The notes beneath the pieces are model-generated. The model was not told where the DNA came from. It did not search any database and saw only the letters and a list, made by a program, of their open reading frames with translations. Shown here piece after piece: positions 1-16,706 of a stretch of 64,000 nucleotides of DNA. The stretch is from the human T2T-CHM13v2.0 reference genome, Homo sapiens. The number at the start of each line of letters is the position of its first letter. Positions within the stretch are counted from its first letter, which is position 1. Made by a program: the position numbers and the translations under genes. The stretch lies in assembly GCF_009914755.1 (NCBI RefSeq), contig NC_060928.1; one strand, written 5' to 3'.

Positions 1-3000
1 ATTTTATGTACAGTTTGTTATAAATGTTTGGGTGCTTTCATATTTTATGTACAGTATATAATACATACTTTGGGCACTTTGATATCTTATGTACAGTATA
101 TAATACATACTTTGGGTTCTCTGATATTTTCTGTACAGTGTATAATACATAATTTGGGTACATTGATATTTTATGTACAGCATATAATACATACGTTGGG
201 TACTTTGATATATTATGTACAGTATGTAATACATACTTTGGGTAATTTGATATTTTATGTACAGTATATAATCAATAGTTTGTGTACTTTTATATTTTAT
301 GTACAGTATATAATACATAGTTTGGGTTCTTTGATATTTTATGTACAGTATATAATACATACTTTGGGTACTTTCATGTTTTATGTACAGTATATAATAT
401 ATAGTTTGGGTACTTTGATATTTTATCTACAGCTTACAATACTTACTTTGGGTAATTTGATATTTTATGTACAGTATATAATACATACTTTGGGTAGTTT
501 GATATTTTATGTACTGTATACAATATATAGTTTGAGTACTTTGATATTTTATGTGCAGTATAAAATATATAGTGTTGGTACTTTGATGTTTTATGTACAG
601 TATATATTTTGAGTACTTTGATATTTTGTGTACAGTTTATTATAAATGTTTGGGTACTTTCATATTTGATGTACAGTATATAATACATAATTTGGGCACT
701 TTGATATTTTATGTACAGTATATAATACATACTTTGGGTACTTTTATATTTTATGTACAGTATATAATACATACTCTGGGCAGTTTGATATTTAATGTAC
801 AGTATATAAAACACACTTTGCGTACTTTGATATTTTATGTAACGTATGTAATACATACTTTGGGTAGTTTGATATCTTATGTACAGTATGTAGTACACAC
901 TTTGGGTACTTTGATATTTTATGTACAGTATGTGAAACATACTTTGGGTAGTTTGATATTTTATGATCAGTATATAATACACATTTTGGGTACCTTGATA
1001 TTTTATGTACAGTATATAATACATACTTTGGGTACTTTGATATTTTATGTACAGTATATAATGCATACTTTAGGTAATTTGATAGTTTATGTACTGTATA
1101 TAATACATACTTTGGGTACTTTGATATTTTATGTACAGTATATAATACATACTTTGGGTACTTTGATATTTTATCTACAGTGTATAATATATACTTTGGG
1201 TACTTTGATATATTATGTACAGTATATAATACATATTTCGGGTACTTTGATATTTTATGTACAGTATATAATACATACTTTGGGTACTTTGATATTTTAT
1301 GTACAGTATATAATACATACTTTCGGTACTTTGATATTTTATGTACAGTATATAATATATAGTTTGGGTACTTTGATATTTTATGTACAGTATATAATAT
1401 ATAGTTTGGGTACTTTGATATTTTATGTACAGTATATAATACATACTTTGGGTACTTTGATATTTTATGTACAGTATATAATACATACTTTGGGTACTTT
1501 GATATTTTATGTACAGTATATAATATATAGTTTGGGTACTTTGATAATTTATGTACAGTGTATAACACATACTTTGGGTACTTTCATATTTTATGTACAG
1601 TATATAATACATACTTTGGGTACTTTGATATTTTATGTACAGTATATAATATATAGTTTGAGTACTTTGATATTTTATGTCCAGTATAAAATATATAGAT
1701 TTCGTACTTTGATATTTTATGTACAGAATATAGTTTGAGTACTTTGATATTTTATGTACAATTTATTATAAAAGTTTGGGTACTTTCATATTTTACGTAC
1801 AGTATATAATACATACTTTGGGCACTTTGATGTTTTATGCACAGTATATAATACATACTTTGGGTACTTTTATATTTTATGTACAGTATATAATACATAG
1901 TTTGGGTACTTTGATATTTAATATACAGTATATAACGCACACTTTGCGTACTTTGATATTTTATGTAAAGTATGTAATACATACTTTGGGTAGTTTGATA
2001 TTTTATGTACAGTATGTAATACACACTTTGGGTACTTTGATATTTTATGTACAGTATGTAAAACATACTTTGGGTAGTTTGATATTTTATGATCAGTATA
2101 TAATACACATTTTGGGTACTTTGATATTTTATGTACAGTATATAATACATACTTTGGGTACTTTGATATTTTATGTACAGGATATAATGCATACTTTGGG
2201 TACTTTGATAGCTTATGTACAGTATATAATACTTACTTTGGGTACTTTGATATTTTATATATAGTATAAAATATATAGTTTGGGTAGTTTGATATTTTAA
2301 GTATAGTATATGATACAAACTTTGGGTACTTAGATATTTTATCTACAGTGTATAATAAATACTATGGGTACTTTGATATATTATGTACAATAGATAATAC
2401 ATACTTTGGGTACTTTGATATTTTATGTACAGTATATAATACATACTTTGGGTACTTTGATATTTTATGTGCAGTATATAATACATACATTGGGTGCTTT
2501 CATATTTCATGTACACTATATAATATATAGTTTGGGTACTTTGGTATATTATGTACTGTATATAATACATACTTTGAGTATTTTGATATTTTATGTACAG
2601 TATATAATACATACTTTGGGTACTTTGATATTTTATGTACAGTATATAATGCATAATTTGGGTACTTCAATAATTTATGCACAGTATATAATACATACTT
2701 TGGGTAATTTGATATTTTATGTACAGTATATAATGCATACTTTGGGTACTTTGATAGTTTATGTACAGTATACAATACATACTTTGGGTACTTTGATATT
2801 TTATGTACAGTATATAATATGTAGTTTGGGTACTTTGATATTTTAACTACAGAATATAATACATACTTTGGGTACTTTGATATTTTATCTACAGTATATA
2901 ATAGATACTTTGGGTACTTTGATATATTATGTACAGTATATAATACATAGTTTGGTTACTTTGATATTTTTTGTACAGTATGTAAAACATACTTTGGGGA

Positions 3001-5939
3001 GTTTGATATTTTATGAACAGTATATAATACACATTTTGGGTACTTTGATATTTTATGTACGGTATATAATACATACTTTGGGTACTTTGATATTTTATGT
3101 ACAGTATATAATTCATACTTTGGGTACTTTGATATTTTATGTACAGTATATAATACATACATTGGGTACTTCGATATTTTATGTGCAGTACCCTATATAT
3201 AGTACGGGTACTTTGATATTTTATGTCCAGTATAAAATAAATAGTTTTGGTACTTTGATATTTTATGTACAGTATATAGTTTGAGTACTTTGATATTTAA
3301 TGTTCAGTTTATTATAAATGTTTGGGTGCTTTCATATTTTATATACAGTATATAATACATACTTTGGGCACTTTGAAATTTTCTGTACAGTATATAATAC
3401 ATACTTTGGGTACTTTGATATTTTATGTACGGTATATAATACATACATTGGGTACTTTGATATTTTATGTACAGTATATAATATATAGTTTGGTTACTTT
3501 GATATTTTATATACAATATATAATATATATTATGTGTACTTTGATATATTATGTACAGTATATAATATATAGTATGGGTTGTTTGATATTTTATGTACAG
3601 TATATAATATATAGTTTGGGTAGTATGATATTTTTAGTACAGTCTGTAATATATAGTTTGTTTTATTTGATATTTTATGTACAGTATACAATATATAGTA
3701 TTGGTACTTTGATATTTCATGTAAAGTATATAGTTTGAGTACTTTGATATTTTATATGCAGTTTATTATAAATGTTTGGGTACCTTCATATTTTATGTTC
3801 AGTATATAATACATACTTTGGGAACTTTTATTTTATGTGCAGTATATAATACATACTTTGGGTACTTTGATATTTCATGTACAGTATATAATACACACTT
3901 TGGGTACTTTGATATTTTATGTACAGTATATAATACACACTTTGGTTACTTTGATATTTTATGTACAGTATATAATACATACTTTGGGTGCTTTGATATA
4001 TTATGTACAGTATATAATACATACTTTGGGTACTTTGATATTTTATGTACAGTATGTAGTACACACTTTGGGTACTTTGATATTTTATGTACAGTATGTA
4101 AAACATACTTTGGGTACTTTCATGTTTTATGTACAGTATATAATATATAGTTTGGGTACTTTGATATTTTATGTACGGTATATAATACATACTTTGGGTA
4201 CTTTGATATTTTATGTACAGTATATAATACATACTTTGGGTACTTTGATATTTTATGTACAGTATACAATATATAGTTTGAGTACTTTGATATTTTATGT
4301 ACTGTATAAAATATATAGTTTTCGTACTTTGATATTTTATGTACAGTATATAGTTTGAGTACTTTGATATTTTATGTACAGTTTTTTATAAATGTTTGGG
4401 TACTTTCATATTTTATGTACAGTATATAATACATACAAAGGGCACTTTGATATTTTATGTACAGTATATAATACATACTTTGGGTACTCTGATATTTTAT
4501 GTACAGTGTATAATACATACTTTGGGTACTTTGATATTTTATGTACAATATATAATACATACGTTGGGAACTTTGATATATTATGTACAGTATATAATAC
4601 ATACTTTGGGTACTTTGATATTTTATCTACAGTATACAACACATAGTTTGTGTACTTTGATATTTTATGTACAGTATATAATACATACTTTGGGTACTTT
4701 GATATTTTATGTACAGTATATAATACATACTTTGGGTACTTTCATATTTTATGTACAGTATATAATATATAGTTTGGGTACTTTGATATTTTATCTACAG
4801 CTTATAATACATACTTTGGATACTTTGATATTTTATGTACAGTATATAATACATACTTTGGGTACTTTCATGTTTTATGTACAGTATATAATATATAGTT
4901 TGGATACTTTGATATTTTACCTACAGCTTATAATACTTACTTTGGGTAATTTGATATTTTATGTACAGTAGATAATACATACTTTGGGTAGTTTGATATT
5001 TTATGTACAGTATACAATATATAGTTTGAGTACTTTGATATTTTATGTGCTGTATAAAATATATTGTGTTGGTACTTTGATGTTTTATGTACAGTATATA
5101 TTTTGAGTTCTTTGATATTTTGTGTACAGTTTATTATAAATGTTTGGGTACTTTCATATTTGATGTATAGTATATAATACATAGTTTGTGTACTTTGATA
5201 TTTTATGTACAGTATGTAAAACATACTTTGGGGAGTTTGATATTTTATGAACAGTATATAATACACATTTTGGGTACTTTGATATTTTATGTCCAGTATA
5301 AAATAAATAGTTTTGGTACTTTGATATTTTATGTACAGTATATAGTTTGAGTACTTTGATATGTAATGTACAGTTTATTGTAAATGTTTGGGTGTTTTCA
5401 TATTTTATATACAGTATATAATACATACTTTGGGCACTTTGATATTTTCTGTACAGTATATAATACATACTTTGGGTACTTTGATATTTTATGTACGGTA
5501 TATAATACATACATTGGGTACTTTGATATTTTTTGTACAGTATATAATATATAGTTTGGGTACTTTGATATTTTATATACAGTATATAATATATATTATG
5601 TGTACTTTGATATATTATGTACAGTATATAATATATAGTATGGGTTGTTTGATATTTTATGTACAGTATATAATATATAGTGTGAGTACTTTGATATTTT
5701 AAGTACAGTATGTAATATATAGTTTGTGTTATTTGATATTTTATGTACACTATACAATATATAGTATTGGTACTTTGAAATTTCATGTAAAGTATATAGT
5801 TTGAGTACTTTGATATTTTATATACAGTTTATTATAAATGTTTGGGTACCTTCATATTTTATGTACAGTATATAATACATACTTTGGGAACTTTTATTTT
5901 ATGTGCAGTATATAATACATACTTTGGGTACTTTGATAT

Positions 5940-6715
5940 TTTATGTACAGTATATAATACACACTTTGGGTACTTTGATATTTTATGTACAGTATATAAT
6001 ACACACTTTGGGTAGTTTGATATTTTATGTACAGTATATAATACATACTTTGGGTACTTTGATGTATTATGTACAGTATATAATACATACTTCGGGTACT
6101 TTGATATTTTATGTACAGTATATAATACATACTTTGGGTACTTTGATATTTTATGTACAGTATGTAATACATAATTTGGGTACTTTAATATTTTATGTAT
6201 AGTATATAATACATACTTTGGGTACTTTGATATTTTATGAACAGTGTATAATACATACTTTGGGTACTTTGATATTTTATGTACAGTATATAACATATAG
6301 TTTGGGCACTTTGATATTTTATATACAGTATATAATACATACTTTGGGTACTTTGATATTTTATGTACAGTATATAATACACACTTTGGGTACTTTGATA
6401 TTTTATGTACAGTATATAATACACACTTTGGGTAGTTTGATATTTTATGTACAATATATAATACATACTTTGGGTACTTTGATGTATTATGTACAGTATA
6501 TAATACATACTTTGGGTACTTTGATATTTTATGTACAGTATATAATACATACTTTGGGTACTTTGATATTTTATGTACAGTATGTAATACATACTTTGGG
6601 TACTTTGATATTTTATGAACAGTGTATAATACATACTTTGGGTACTTTGATATTTTATGTACAGTATATAACATATAGTTTGGGCACTGTGATATTTTAT
6701 ATACAGTATATAATA
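5940..6715 (+). repeat. Local tandem duplication of a 10-monomer block, with the second copy lacking one monomer
   Basis: Diagnostic variants ACACACTTTGGG, GGTAGTTT and GATGTATTAT recur at +420 (5961/6381). TTATGAACAGTGTATA and TAACATATAGTTTGGGCAC recur at +378 (6291/6669). Confidence 0.7.
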
Positions 6716-9700
6716 CATACTTTGGGTACTTTGATATTTTATGTACACTATATAATACATACTTTGGGTACTTTGATATTTTATGCACAGTATACAATAT
6801 ATAGTTTGAGTACTTTGATATTTTATGTACTGTATAAAATATATAGTTTTGGTACTTTGATATTTTATGTACAGTATATAGTTTGAGTACTTTGATATTT
6901 TATGTACAGTTTGTTATAAATGTTTGGGTGCTTTCATATTTTATGTACAGTATATAATACATACTTTGGGCACTTTGATATCTTATGTACAGTATATAAT
7001 ACATACATTGGCTACTCTGATATTTTATGTACAGTGTATAATACATACTTTGGGTACTTTGATATTTTATGTACAGTATATAATACATACGTTGGGAACT
7101 TTGATATATTATGTACAGTATATAATACATACTTTGCGTACTTTGATATTTTATCTACAGTATACAACACATAGTTTGTGTACTTTGATATTTTATGTAC
7201 AGTATATAATACATACATTGGGTACTTTGATATTTTATGTACAGTATATAATACATGCTTTGGGTACTTTCATATTTTATGTACAGTATATAATATATAG
7301 TTTGGGTACTTTGATATTTTATCTACAGCTTATAATACATACTTTGGATACTTTGATATTTTATGTACAGTATATAATACATACTTTTGGTACTTTCATG
7401 TTTTATGTACAGTATATAATATATAGTTTGGGTACTTTGATATTTTATCTACAGCTTATAATACTTACTTTGGGTAATTTGATATTTTATGTACATTATA
7501 TAATACATACTTTGGGTAGTTTGATATTTTATATACAGTATACAATATATAGTTTGAGTACTTTGATATTTTATGTGCTGTATAAAATATATAGTGTTGG
7601 TAATTTGATGTTTTATGTACAGTATATATTTTGAGTACTTTGATATTTTGTGTACAGTTTATTATAAATGTTTGGGTACTTTCATATTTGATGTACAGTA
7701 TACAATAGATAATTTGGGCACTTTGATATTTTATGTACAGTATATAATACATACTTTGGGTACTTTGATATTTTATGTACAGTATATAATACATACTTTG
7801 GGTACTTTGATATTTTATCTACAGTGTATAATATATATTTTGGGTACTTTGATATATTATGTACAGTATATAATACATACTTTGGGTACTTTGATATTTT
7901 ATGTACAGTATATAATACATACTTTCGGTACTTTGATATTTTATGTACAGTATATAATATATAGTTTGGGTACTTTGATATTTTATGTACAGTATATAAT
8001 ACATACTTTGGGTACTTTGATATTTTATGTACAGTATATAATACTTACTTTGGGTACTTTGATATTTTATGTACAGTATATAATATATAGGTTGGGTACT
8101 TTGATAATTTATGTACAGTGTATAACACATACTTTGGGTACTTTGATATTTTATGTACAGTATATAATACATACTTTGGGTACTTTGATATTTTATGTAC
8201 AGTATACAATATATACTTTGACTACTTTGATATTTTATGTCCAGTATAGAATATATAGTTTTGGTAGTTTGATATTTTATGTAGAGTATATAGTTTGAGT
8301 ACTTTCACATTTTATGTACAGTTTATTATAAACGTTTGGGTGTTTTCATATTTTATGTACTGTATATAATACATACTTTGGGCACATTGATATTTTATGT
8401 ACAGTATATAATACATACTTTGGGTACTCTGATATTTTATGTACAGTATATAATACATAATTTGGGTAGTTTGATATTTTATGTACAGTATATAATACAT
8501 ACTTTGAGTGCTTTGATATATTATGTACAGTATATAATACATACTTTGGGTACTTTGATATTTTATGTACAGTATACAATATATACTTTGACTACTTTGA
8601 TATTTTATGTCCAATATAGAATACATAGTTTTGGTAGTTTGAAATTTTATGTACAGTATATAGTTTGAGTACATTGATATTTTATGTACACTTTAGTATA
8701 AATGTTTGGATACTTTCATATTTTATGTACAGTATATAATACATACTTTGGGCACTTTGATATTTTATGTACAGTATACAATACATACTTTGGGTACTTT
8801 GATATTTTATGTACAGTATATAATACATAATTTGGGTACTTTGATATTTTATGTACAGTATATAATGCATACTTTGGGTACTTTGATGTTTTATGTACAG
8901 TATATAATACATACTTAGGGTACTTTGACATTTTATGTGCAGTATATAATACATACTTTGGATACTTTGTTATTTTAAGTACAGTATGTAATACATACTT
9001 TGGGTACTTTGATATTTTATGTACAGTATATAATACATACTTTGGTACTTTTATATTTCATGTACAGTATATAATATATAGTTTGGGTACTTTGATATTT
9101 TATGTGCAGTATATAATACATACTTTGGGTACTTTGATATTTTATGTACGGTATATAATACATACTTTGGGTACTTTGATATATTATGTACAGTATATAA
9201 TACATACTTTGGGTACTTTGATATATTATGTACAGTATATAATACATACTTAGGGTACTTTGACATTTTATGTACAGTACTTAATACATACTTTGGGTAC
9301 TTTGATATTTTATGTACAGTATATAATACATACTTTGGGTACTTTGATATTTTATGTACAATATATAATACATACGTTGGGTACTTTGATATTTTATGTA
9401 CAGTATATAATACATATTTTGGGTAGTTTTATATTTTATGTACAGTATATAATATATAGTTTGAGTCCTTTTTTTTATGTACTGTATAAAATATATAGTT
9501 TTGATACTTTGATATTTTATGTACAGTATATAGTTTGAATACTTTGATATTTTATGTACAGTTTTTTATAAATGTTTGGGTGCTTTCATATTTTATGTAC
9601 AGTATATAATACATACAAAGGGCACTTTGATATTTTATGTACAGTATATAATACATACTTTGGGTACTCTGATATTTTATGTACAGTGTATAATACATAC

Positions 9701-11602
9701 TTTGGGTACTTTGATATTTTATGTACAATATATAATACATACTTTGGGAACTTTGATATATTACATACAGTATATAATACATACTTTGGGTACTTTGATA
9801 TTTTATCTACAGTATACAACACATAGTTTGTGTACTTTGATATTTTATGTACAGTATATAATACATACTTTGGGTACTTTGATATTGTATGTACAGTATA
9901 TAATACATAGTTTGGGTACTTTCATATTTTTTGTACAGTATATAATATATAGTTTGTGTGCTTTCATATTTTATGTACAATATATAATACATACTAAGGA
10001 CACTTTGATATTTTATGTACAGTGTATAATACATACTTTGGGTAATTTGATATTTTATGTACGTCATATAATATATAGTTTGTGTACTTTGATATTTTAT
10101 GTACAGTATATAATACATACCTTGGGTACTTTGATATTTTATGTACAGTATATAATATATAGTTTGTGTATTTTGATATTTTATGTACAGTATATAATAC
10201 ATACTTTGTGTACTTTGATATTTTATGTACAGTATATAATACATACTTTGGCAACTTTGATATTTTATGTACAGTATGTAAAACATATTTTTGGTACTTT
10301 GATATTTTATGTACAGTATATAATACATACTATTGGTACTTTGATATTTTATGTACAGTATACAATGTATAGTTTGAGTACTTTGATATTTTGTGTAAAG
10401 TATAAAATATATAGATTTCGTACTTTGATATTTTATGTACAGAATATAGTTTGAGTACTTTGATATTTTTTGTACACTTTATTATAAAAGTTTGGGTACT
10501 TTCATATTTTACGTACAGTATATAATACATACTTTGGGCACTTTGATGTTTTATGTACAGTATGTAATACATACTTTGGGTTCTTTTATATTTTATGTAC
10601 AGCATATAATACATAATTTGGGGACTTTAATATTTTATGTACATTATATAATACATACTTTGGGTACTTTTATATTTTATGTACGGTATATAATACATAC
10701 TTTGCGTACTTTGATATATTATGTACAGTATATAATACATACTTTCGGTACTTTGATATATTATGTACAGTATATAATACATACTTAGGGTACTTTGACA
10801 TTTTACGTACAGTATATAATACATACTTTGGGTACTTTGATATTTTATGAGCAGTATATAATACATACTTTGGGTACTTTGATATTTTATGTACTGTATA
10901 TAATACATACTTTGGGTACTTTTATATTTTATGTACAGTATATAATATATAGTTTGGGTACTTTGATATTTTATGTACTGTATATAATACATATTTTGGG
11001 TACTTTGATATTTTATGTACAGTATATAATACATACTTTGGGTACTTTGATATTGTATGAACAGTATACAATATATAGTTTCAGTACTTTGATATTTTAT
11101 GTTCTGTATAAAATATATAGTTTTGGTACTTTGATATTTTATGTACAGTATATAGTTTGAGTACTTTGATATTTTATGTACAGTTTTTTATAAATGTTTG
11201 GGTGCTTTCATATTTTATGTACAGTATATAATACATACAAAGGGCACTTTGATATTTTATGTACAGTATATAATACATACATTGGGTACTCTGATATTTT
11301 ATGTACAGTGTATAATACATACTATGGGTACTTTGATATTTTATGTACAGTATATAATACATATGTTGGGAACTTTGATATATTATGTACAGTATATAAT
11401 ACATACTTTGGGTACTTTGATATTTTATGTACAATATATAATACATACTTTGGGTACTTTCATATTTTATGTACAGTATATAATATATAGTTTGGGTACT
11501 TTGATATTTTATCTACAGCTTATAATACATACTTTGGGTACTTTGATATTTTATGTACAGTATATAATACATACTTTGGGTACTTTGATATTTTATGTAC
11601 AG

Positions 11603-11754
11603 TATACAATATATAGTTTGAGTACTTTGATATTTTATGTGCAGTATAAAATATATAGTTTTGGGACTTTGATATTTTATGTACAGTATATAGTTTGAGT
11701 ACTTTGATATTTTATGTACAGTTTTTTATAAATGTTTGGGTGCTTTCATATTTT
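11603..11754 (+). repeat. Representative module-junction cassette (one of ~85): ...TATACAATATATAG-TTTGAG / ...TATAAAATATATAG / 35-bp monomer (11659-11693) / 41-bp monomer (11694-11734) / ...CTTTCAT monomer
   Basis: The same ordered series of variant monomers recurs before module starts at 28, 650, 1776, 3322, 3776, 4396, 5144, 5388, 5842, 6924 ... 62345, 63093 and 63799. Spacings fit 42n-8 (622, 1126, 1546, 454, 748, 244 ...). Confidence 0.9.
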
Positions 11755-14185
11755 ATGTACAGTATATAATACATACTAAGGGCACTTTGATATTTTATGT
11801 ACAGTATATAATACATACTATGGGTATTTTGATATTTTATTTACGTCATATAATATATAGTTTGGGTACTTTGATATTTTATGTACAGTATATAATACAT
11901 ACCTTGGGTACTTTGATATTTTATTTACAGTATATAATATATAGTTTGGGTATTTTGATATTTTATGTACAGTATATAATACATACTTTGGGTACTTTGA
12001 TATTTTATGTACAGTATATAATACATACTTTGGGAACTTTGATATTTTATGTACAGTATGTAAAACATACTTTGGGTACTTTGATATTTTATGTACAGTA
12101 TATAATACATACTATTGGTACTTTGATATTTTATGTACAGTATACAATATATAATTTGGGTAGTTTGATATTTTATGTACGGTATATAATACATACCTTG
12201 GGTACTTTGATATTTTATGTACAGTATACAATATATAGTATGAGTACTTTGATATTTTATGTGGAGTATAAAATATATAGTTTTGGTACTTTCATATTTT
12301 ATATACAGTATATAGTTTGAGTACTTTGATATTTTATGTACAGTTTTTTATAATGTTTGGATGCTTTCATATTTTATGTACAGTATATAATACATACTAA
12401 GGGCACTTTGATATTTTATGTACAGTATATAATACATACTTTGGGTACTTTGATATTTTATGTACGTCATATAATATATAGTTTGGGTAGTTTGATATTT
12501 TATGTACAGTATATAATGCATACTTTGGATACTTTGATATTTTATGTACAGTATATAATACATACTTTGGGTACTTTGATATTTTATGGACAGTGTAGAA
12601 TACATACTTTGTGTACTTTGATATTTTATGTACAATATATAAAATATAGTTTGGGTACATTGATATTTTATATACAGTATATAATACATACTTTGGGTAC
12701 TTTGATATTTTGTGTACAGTATATAATACATACTTTGGGTACTTTGATATTTTATGCACAGTATACAATATATAGTTTGAGTACTTTGATATTTTATGTA
12801 CTGTATAAAATATATACTTTTGGTACTTTGATATTTTATGTACAGTATATAGTTTGAGTACTTTGATATTTTATGTACAGTTTGTTAAAAATGTTTGGGT
12901 GCTTTCATATTTTATGTACAGTATATAATACATACTTTGGTCACTTTGATATCTTATGTACAGTATATAATACATACTTTGGATACTCTGATATTTTATA
13001 TACAGGGTATAATACATAATTTGTGTACTTTGATATTTTATGTACAGTATATAATGCATACGTTAGGTACTTTGATATATTATGTACAGTATATAATACA
13101 TACTTTGGGTACTTTGATATTTTATGTACAGTATATATTCCATTGTTTGTGTACTTTGATATTTTATGTACAGTATATAATACATACTTTGGGTACTTTG
13201 TTATTTTATGTACAGTATAGAATATATAGTTTGAGTACTTTGTTATTTTATGTCCAGTATAAAATATATAGTTTTCGTAATTGATATTTTATGTACAGAA
13301 TATAGTTTGAGTACTTTGATATTTTATGTACACTTTATTATAAATGTTTGGGTACTTTCATATTTTATGTACAGTATATAATACATACTTTGGTCTCTTT
13401 GATGTTTTATGTACAGTATATAATACATACTTTGGGTTCTTTGATATTTTATGAACAGAATATAATGCATAGTTTTAGGTACTTTTATATTTTATGTACA
13501 GTATATAATACATACTTTGGGTACTTTGATATTTTATGTACAGTATATAATACATACTTTGGGAACTTTGATATTTTATGTACAGTATGTAATACATACT
13601 TTGGGTACTTTGATATTTTATGTACAGTATATAATACATACTATTGGTACTTTTATATTTTATGTACAGTATACAATATATAGTTTGAGTACTTTGATAT
13701 TTTATATCCAGTATAAAATATATAGATTTCATACTTTGATATTTTATGTACTGAATGTAGTTTGAGTACTTTGATATTTTATGTACACTTTATTATAAAA
13801 GTTTGGGTACTTTCATATTTTACGTACAGTATATAATACATACTTTGGGCACTTTGATGTTTTATGTACAGTATATAATACATACTTTGGGTTCTTTGAT
13901 ATTTTATGTACAGCATATAATACATAATTTGGGGACTTTTATATTTTATGTACATTATATTATACATACTTTGGGTACTTTTATATTTTATGTACGGTAT
14001 ATAATACATACTTTGGGTACTTTGATATATTATGTACCGTATATAATACATACTTTGGGTACTTTGATATATTATGTACAGTATATAATACATACTAAGG
14101 GTACTTTGACATTTTATGTACAGTACATAATACTTACTTTGGGTTCTTTGATATATTATATACAGTATATAATGCATACTTTGGA

Positions 14186-16706
14186 TACTTTGATATTTTA
14201 TGTATAGTATATAATACATACTTTGGGTACTTTGATATTTTATGTACAGTATGTAATACATAATTTGGGTAATTTAATATTTTATGTATAGTATATAATA
14301 CATACTTTGGGTACTTTGATATTTTATGGACAGTGTATAATACATACTTTGGGTACTTTGATATTTTATGTACAGTGTATAATATATAGTTTGGGTACTT
14401 TGATATTTTATATACAGTATATAATACATACTTTGGGTACTTTGATATTTTATGTACAGTATATAATATATAGTTTGGGTACTTTGATATTTTATGTACG
14501 GTATATAATACATACTTTGGGTACTTTGATATTTTATTTACAGTATATAATACATGCTTTGGGTACTTTGATATTTTATGTACAGTATATAATACATACT
14601 TTGGGTACTTTGATATTTTATGTACAGTATACAATATACAGTTTGAGTACTTTGATATTTTATGTGCACTATAAAATATATAGTGTTGGTAGTTTGATAT
14701 TTTATGTACAGTATATATTTTGAGTACTTTGATATTTTATGTACAGTTTATTATAAATGTTTGGGTACTTTCATATTTGATGTACAGTATATAATACATA
14801 ATTTGGGCACTTTGATATTTTATGTACAGTATATAATACATACTTTGGGTACCTTTATATTTTATGTACAGTATATAATACATACTTTGGGTACTTTGAT
14901 ATTTAATGTACAGTATATAATACACACTTTGAGTACTTTGATATTTTATGTAACGTATGTAATACATATTTTGGGTAGTTTGATATTTTATGTACAGTAT
15001 GTAGTACACACTTTGGGTACTTTGATATTTTATGTACAGTATGTAAAACATACTTTGGGTACTTTGATATTTTATGTACAGTATGCAATATATAGTTTGA
15101 GTACTTTGATATTTTATGTACAGTTTATTATAAATGTTTGGGTAGTTTCATATTTGATGTACTGTATATAATACATAATTTGGGCACTTTGATATTTTAT
15201 GTACAGTATATAATACATACTTTGGGTACTTTTATATTTTATGTACAATATATAATACATACTTTGGGTACTTTGATATTTAATGTACAGTATATAATGC
15301 ACACTTTGCGTACTGTGATATTTTATGTAAAGTATGTAATACATACTGTGGGTAGTTTGATATTTTATGTACAGTATGTAATACACACTTTGGGTACTTT
15401 GATATTTTATGTATAGTATATAATACATACTTTGGGTACTTTGATATTTTATGTACAGTATGTAATACATAATTTGGGTAATTTAATATTTTATGTATAG
15501 TATATAATACATACTTTGGGTACTTTGATATTTTATGGACAGTGTATAATACATACTTTGGGTACTTTGATATTTTATGTACAGTGTATAACATATAGTT
15601 TGGGTACTTTGATATTTTATATACAGTATATAATACTTACTTTGGGTACTTTGATATTTTATATACAGTATATAATATATAGTTTGGGTACTTTGATATT
15701 TTATGTACGGTATATAATACATACTTTGGGTACTTTGATATTTTATGTACAGTATATAATACATACTTTGGGTACTTTGATATTTTATGTACAGTATACA
15801 ATATATAGTTTGAGTACTTTGATATTTTATGTGCAGTATAAAATATATAGTGTTGGTAGTTTGATGTTTTATGTACAGTATATATTTTGAGTACTTTGAT
15901 ATTTTATGTACAGTTTATTATAAATGTTTGGGTACTTTCATATTTGATGTACAGTATATAATACATAATTTGGGCACTTTGATATTTTATGTACAGTATA
16001 TAATACATACTTTGGGTACTTTTATATTTTATGTACAGTATATAATACATACTTTGGGTACTTTGATATTTAATGTACAGTATATAATACACACTTTGCG
16101 TACTTTGATATTTTATGTAACGTATGTAATACATACTTTGGGTAGTTTGATATTTTATGTACAGTATGTAGTACACACTTTGGGTACTTTGATATTTTAT
16201 GTACAGTATGTAAAACATACTTTGGGTACTTTGATATTTTATGTACAGTATATAATATATAGTTTGGGTACTTTGATATTTTATATACAGTATATAATAC
16301 ATACTTTTGGTACTTTGATATTTTATGTACAGTATATAATACATACTTTGGGTACTTTGATATTTTATGTACAGTATGCAATATATAGTTTGAGTACTTT
16401 GATATTTTATGTACAGTTTATTATAAATGTTTGGGTAGTTTCATATTTGACGTACAGTATATAATACATAATTTGGGCACATTGATATTTTATGTACAGT
16501 ATATAATACATACTTTGGGTAATTTTATATTTTATGTACAGTATATATTACATACTTTGGGTACTTTGATATTTAATGTACAGTACATAATGCACACTTT
16601 GCGTACTATGATATTTTATGTAAAGTATGTAATACATACTGTGGGTAGTTTGATATTTTATGTACAGTATGTAATACACACTTTGGGTACTTTGATATTT
16701 TATGTA
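14186..16706 (+). repeat. ~1.2-kb tandem duplication (~14186-15413 and ~15395-16706) with whole-monomer gains and losses
   Basis: Matching ORFs and variants at offsets 1209 (14307/15516), 1167 (14704/15871) and 1293 (15138/16431). The offsets differ by multiples of 42. Both copies share an atypical junction lacking the 35-bp monomer. Confidence 0.8.

Noticed and set aside
17-27. TATA-box (TATAAA) or bacterial -10 (TATAAT) motifs as promoters
   Set aside because: These hexamers are part of the AT-rich monomer and junction sequence and recur hundreds of times with no other promoter context.
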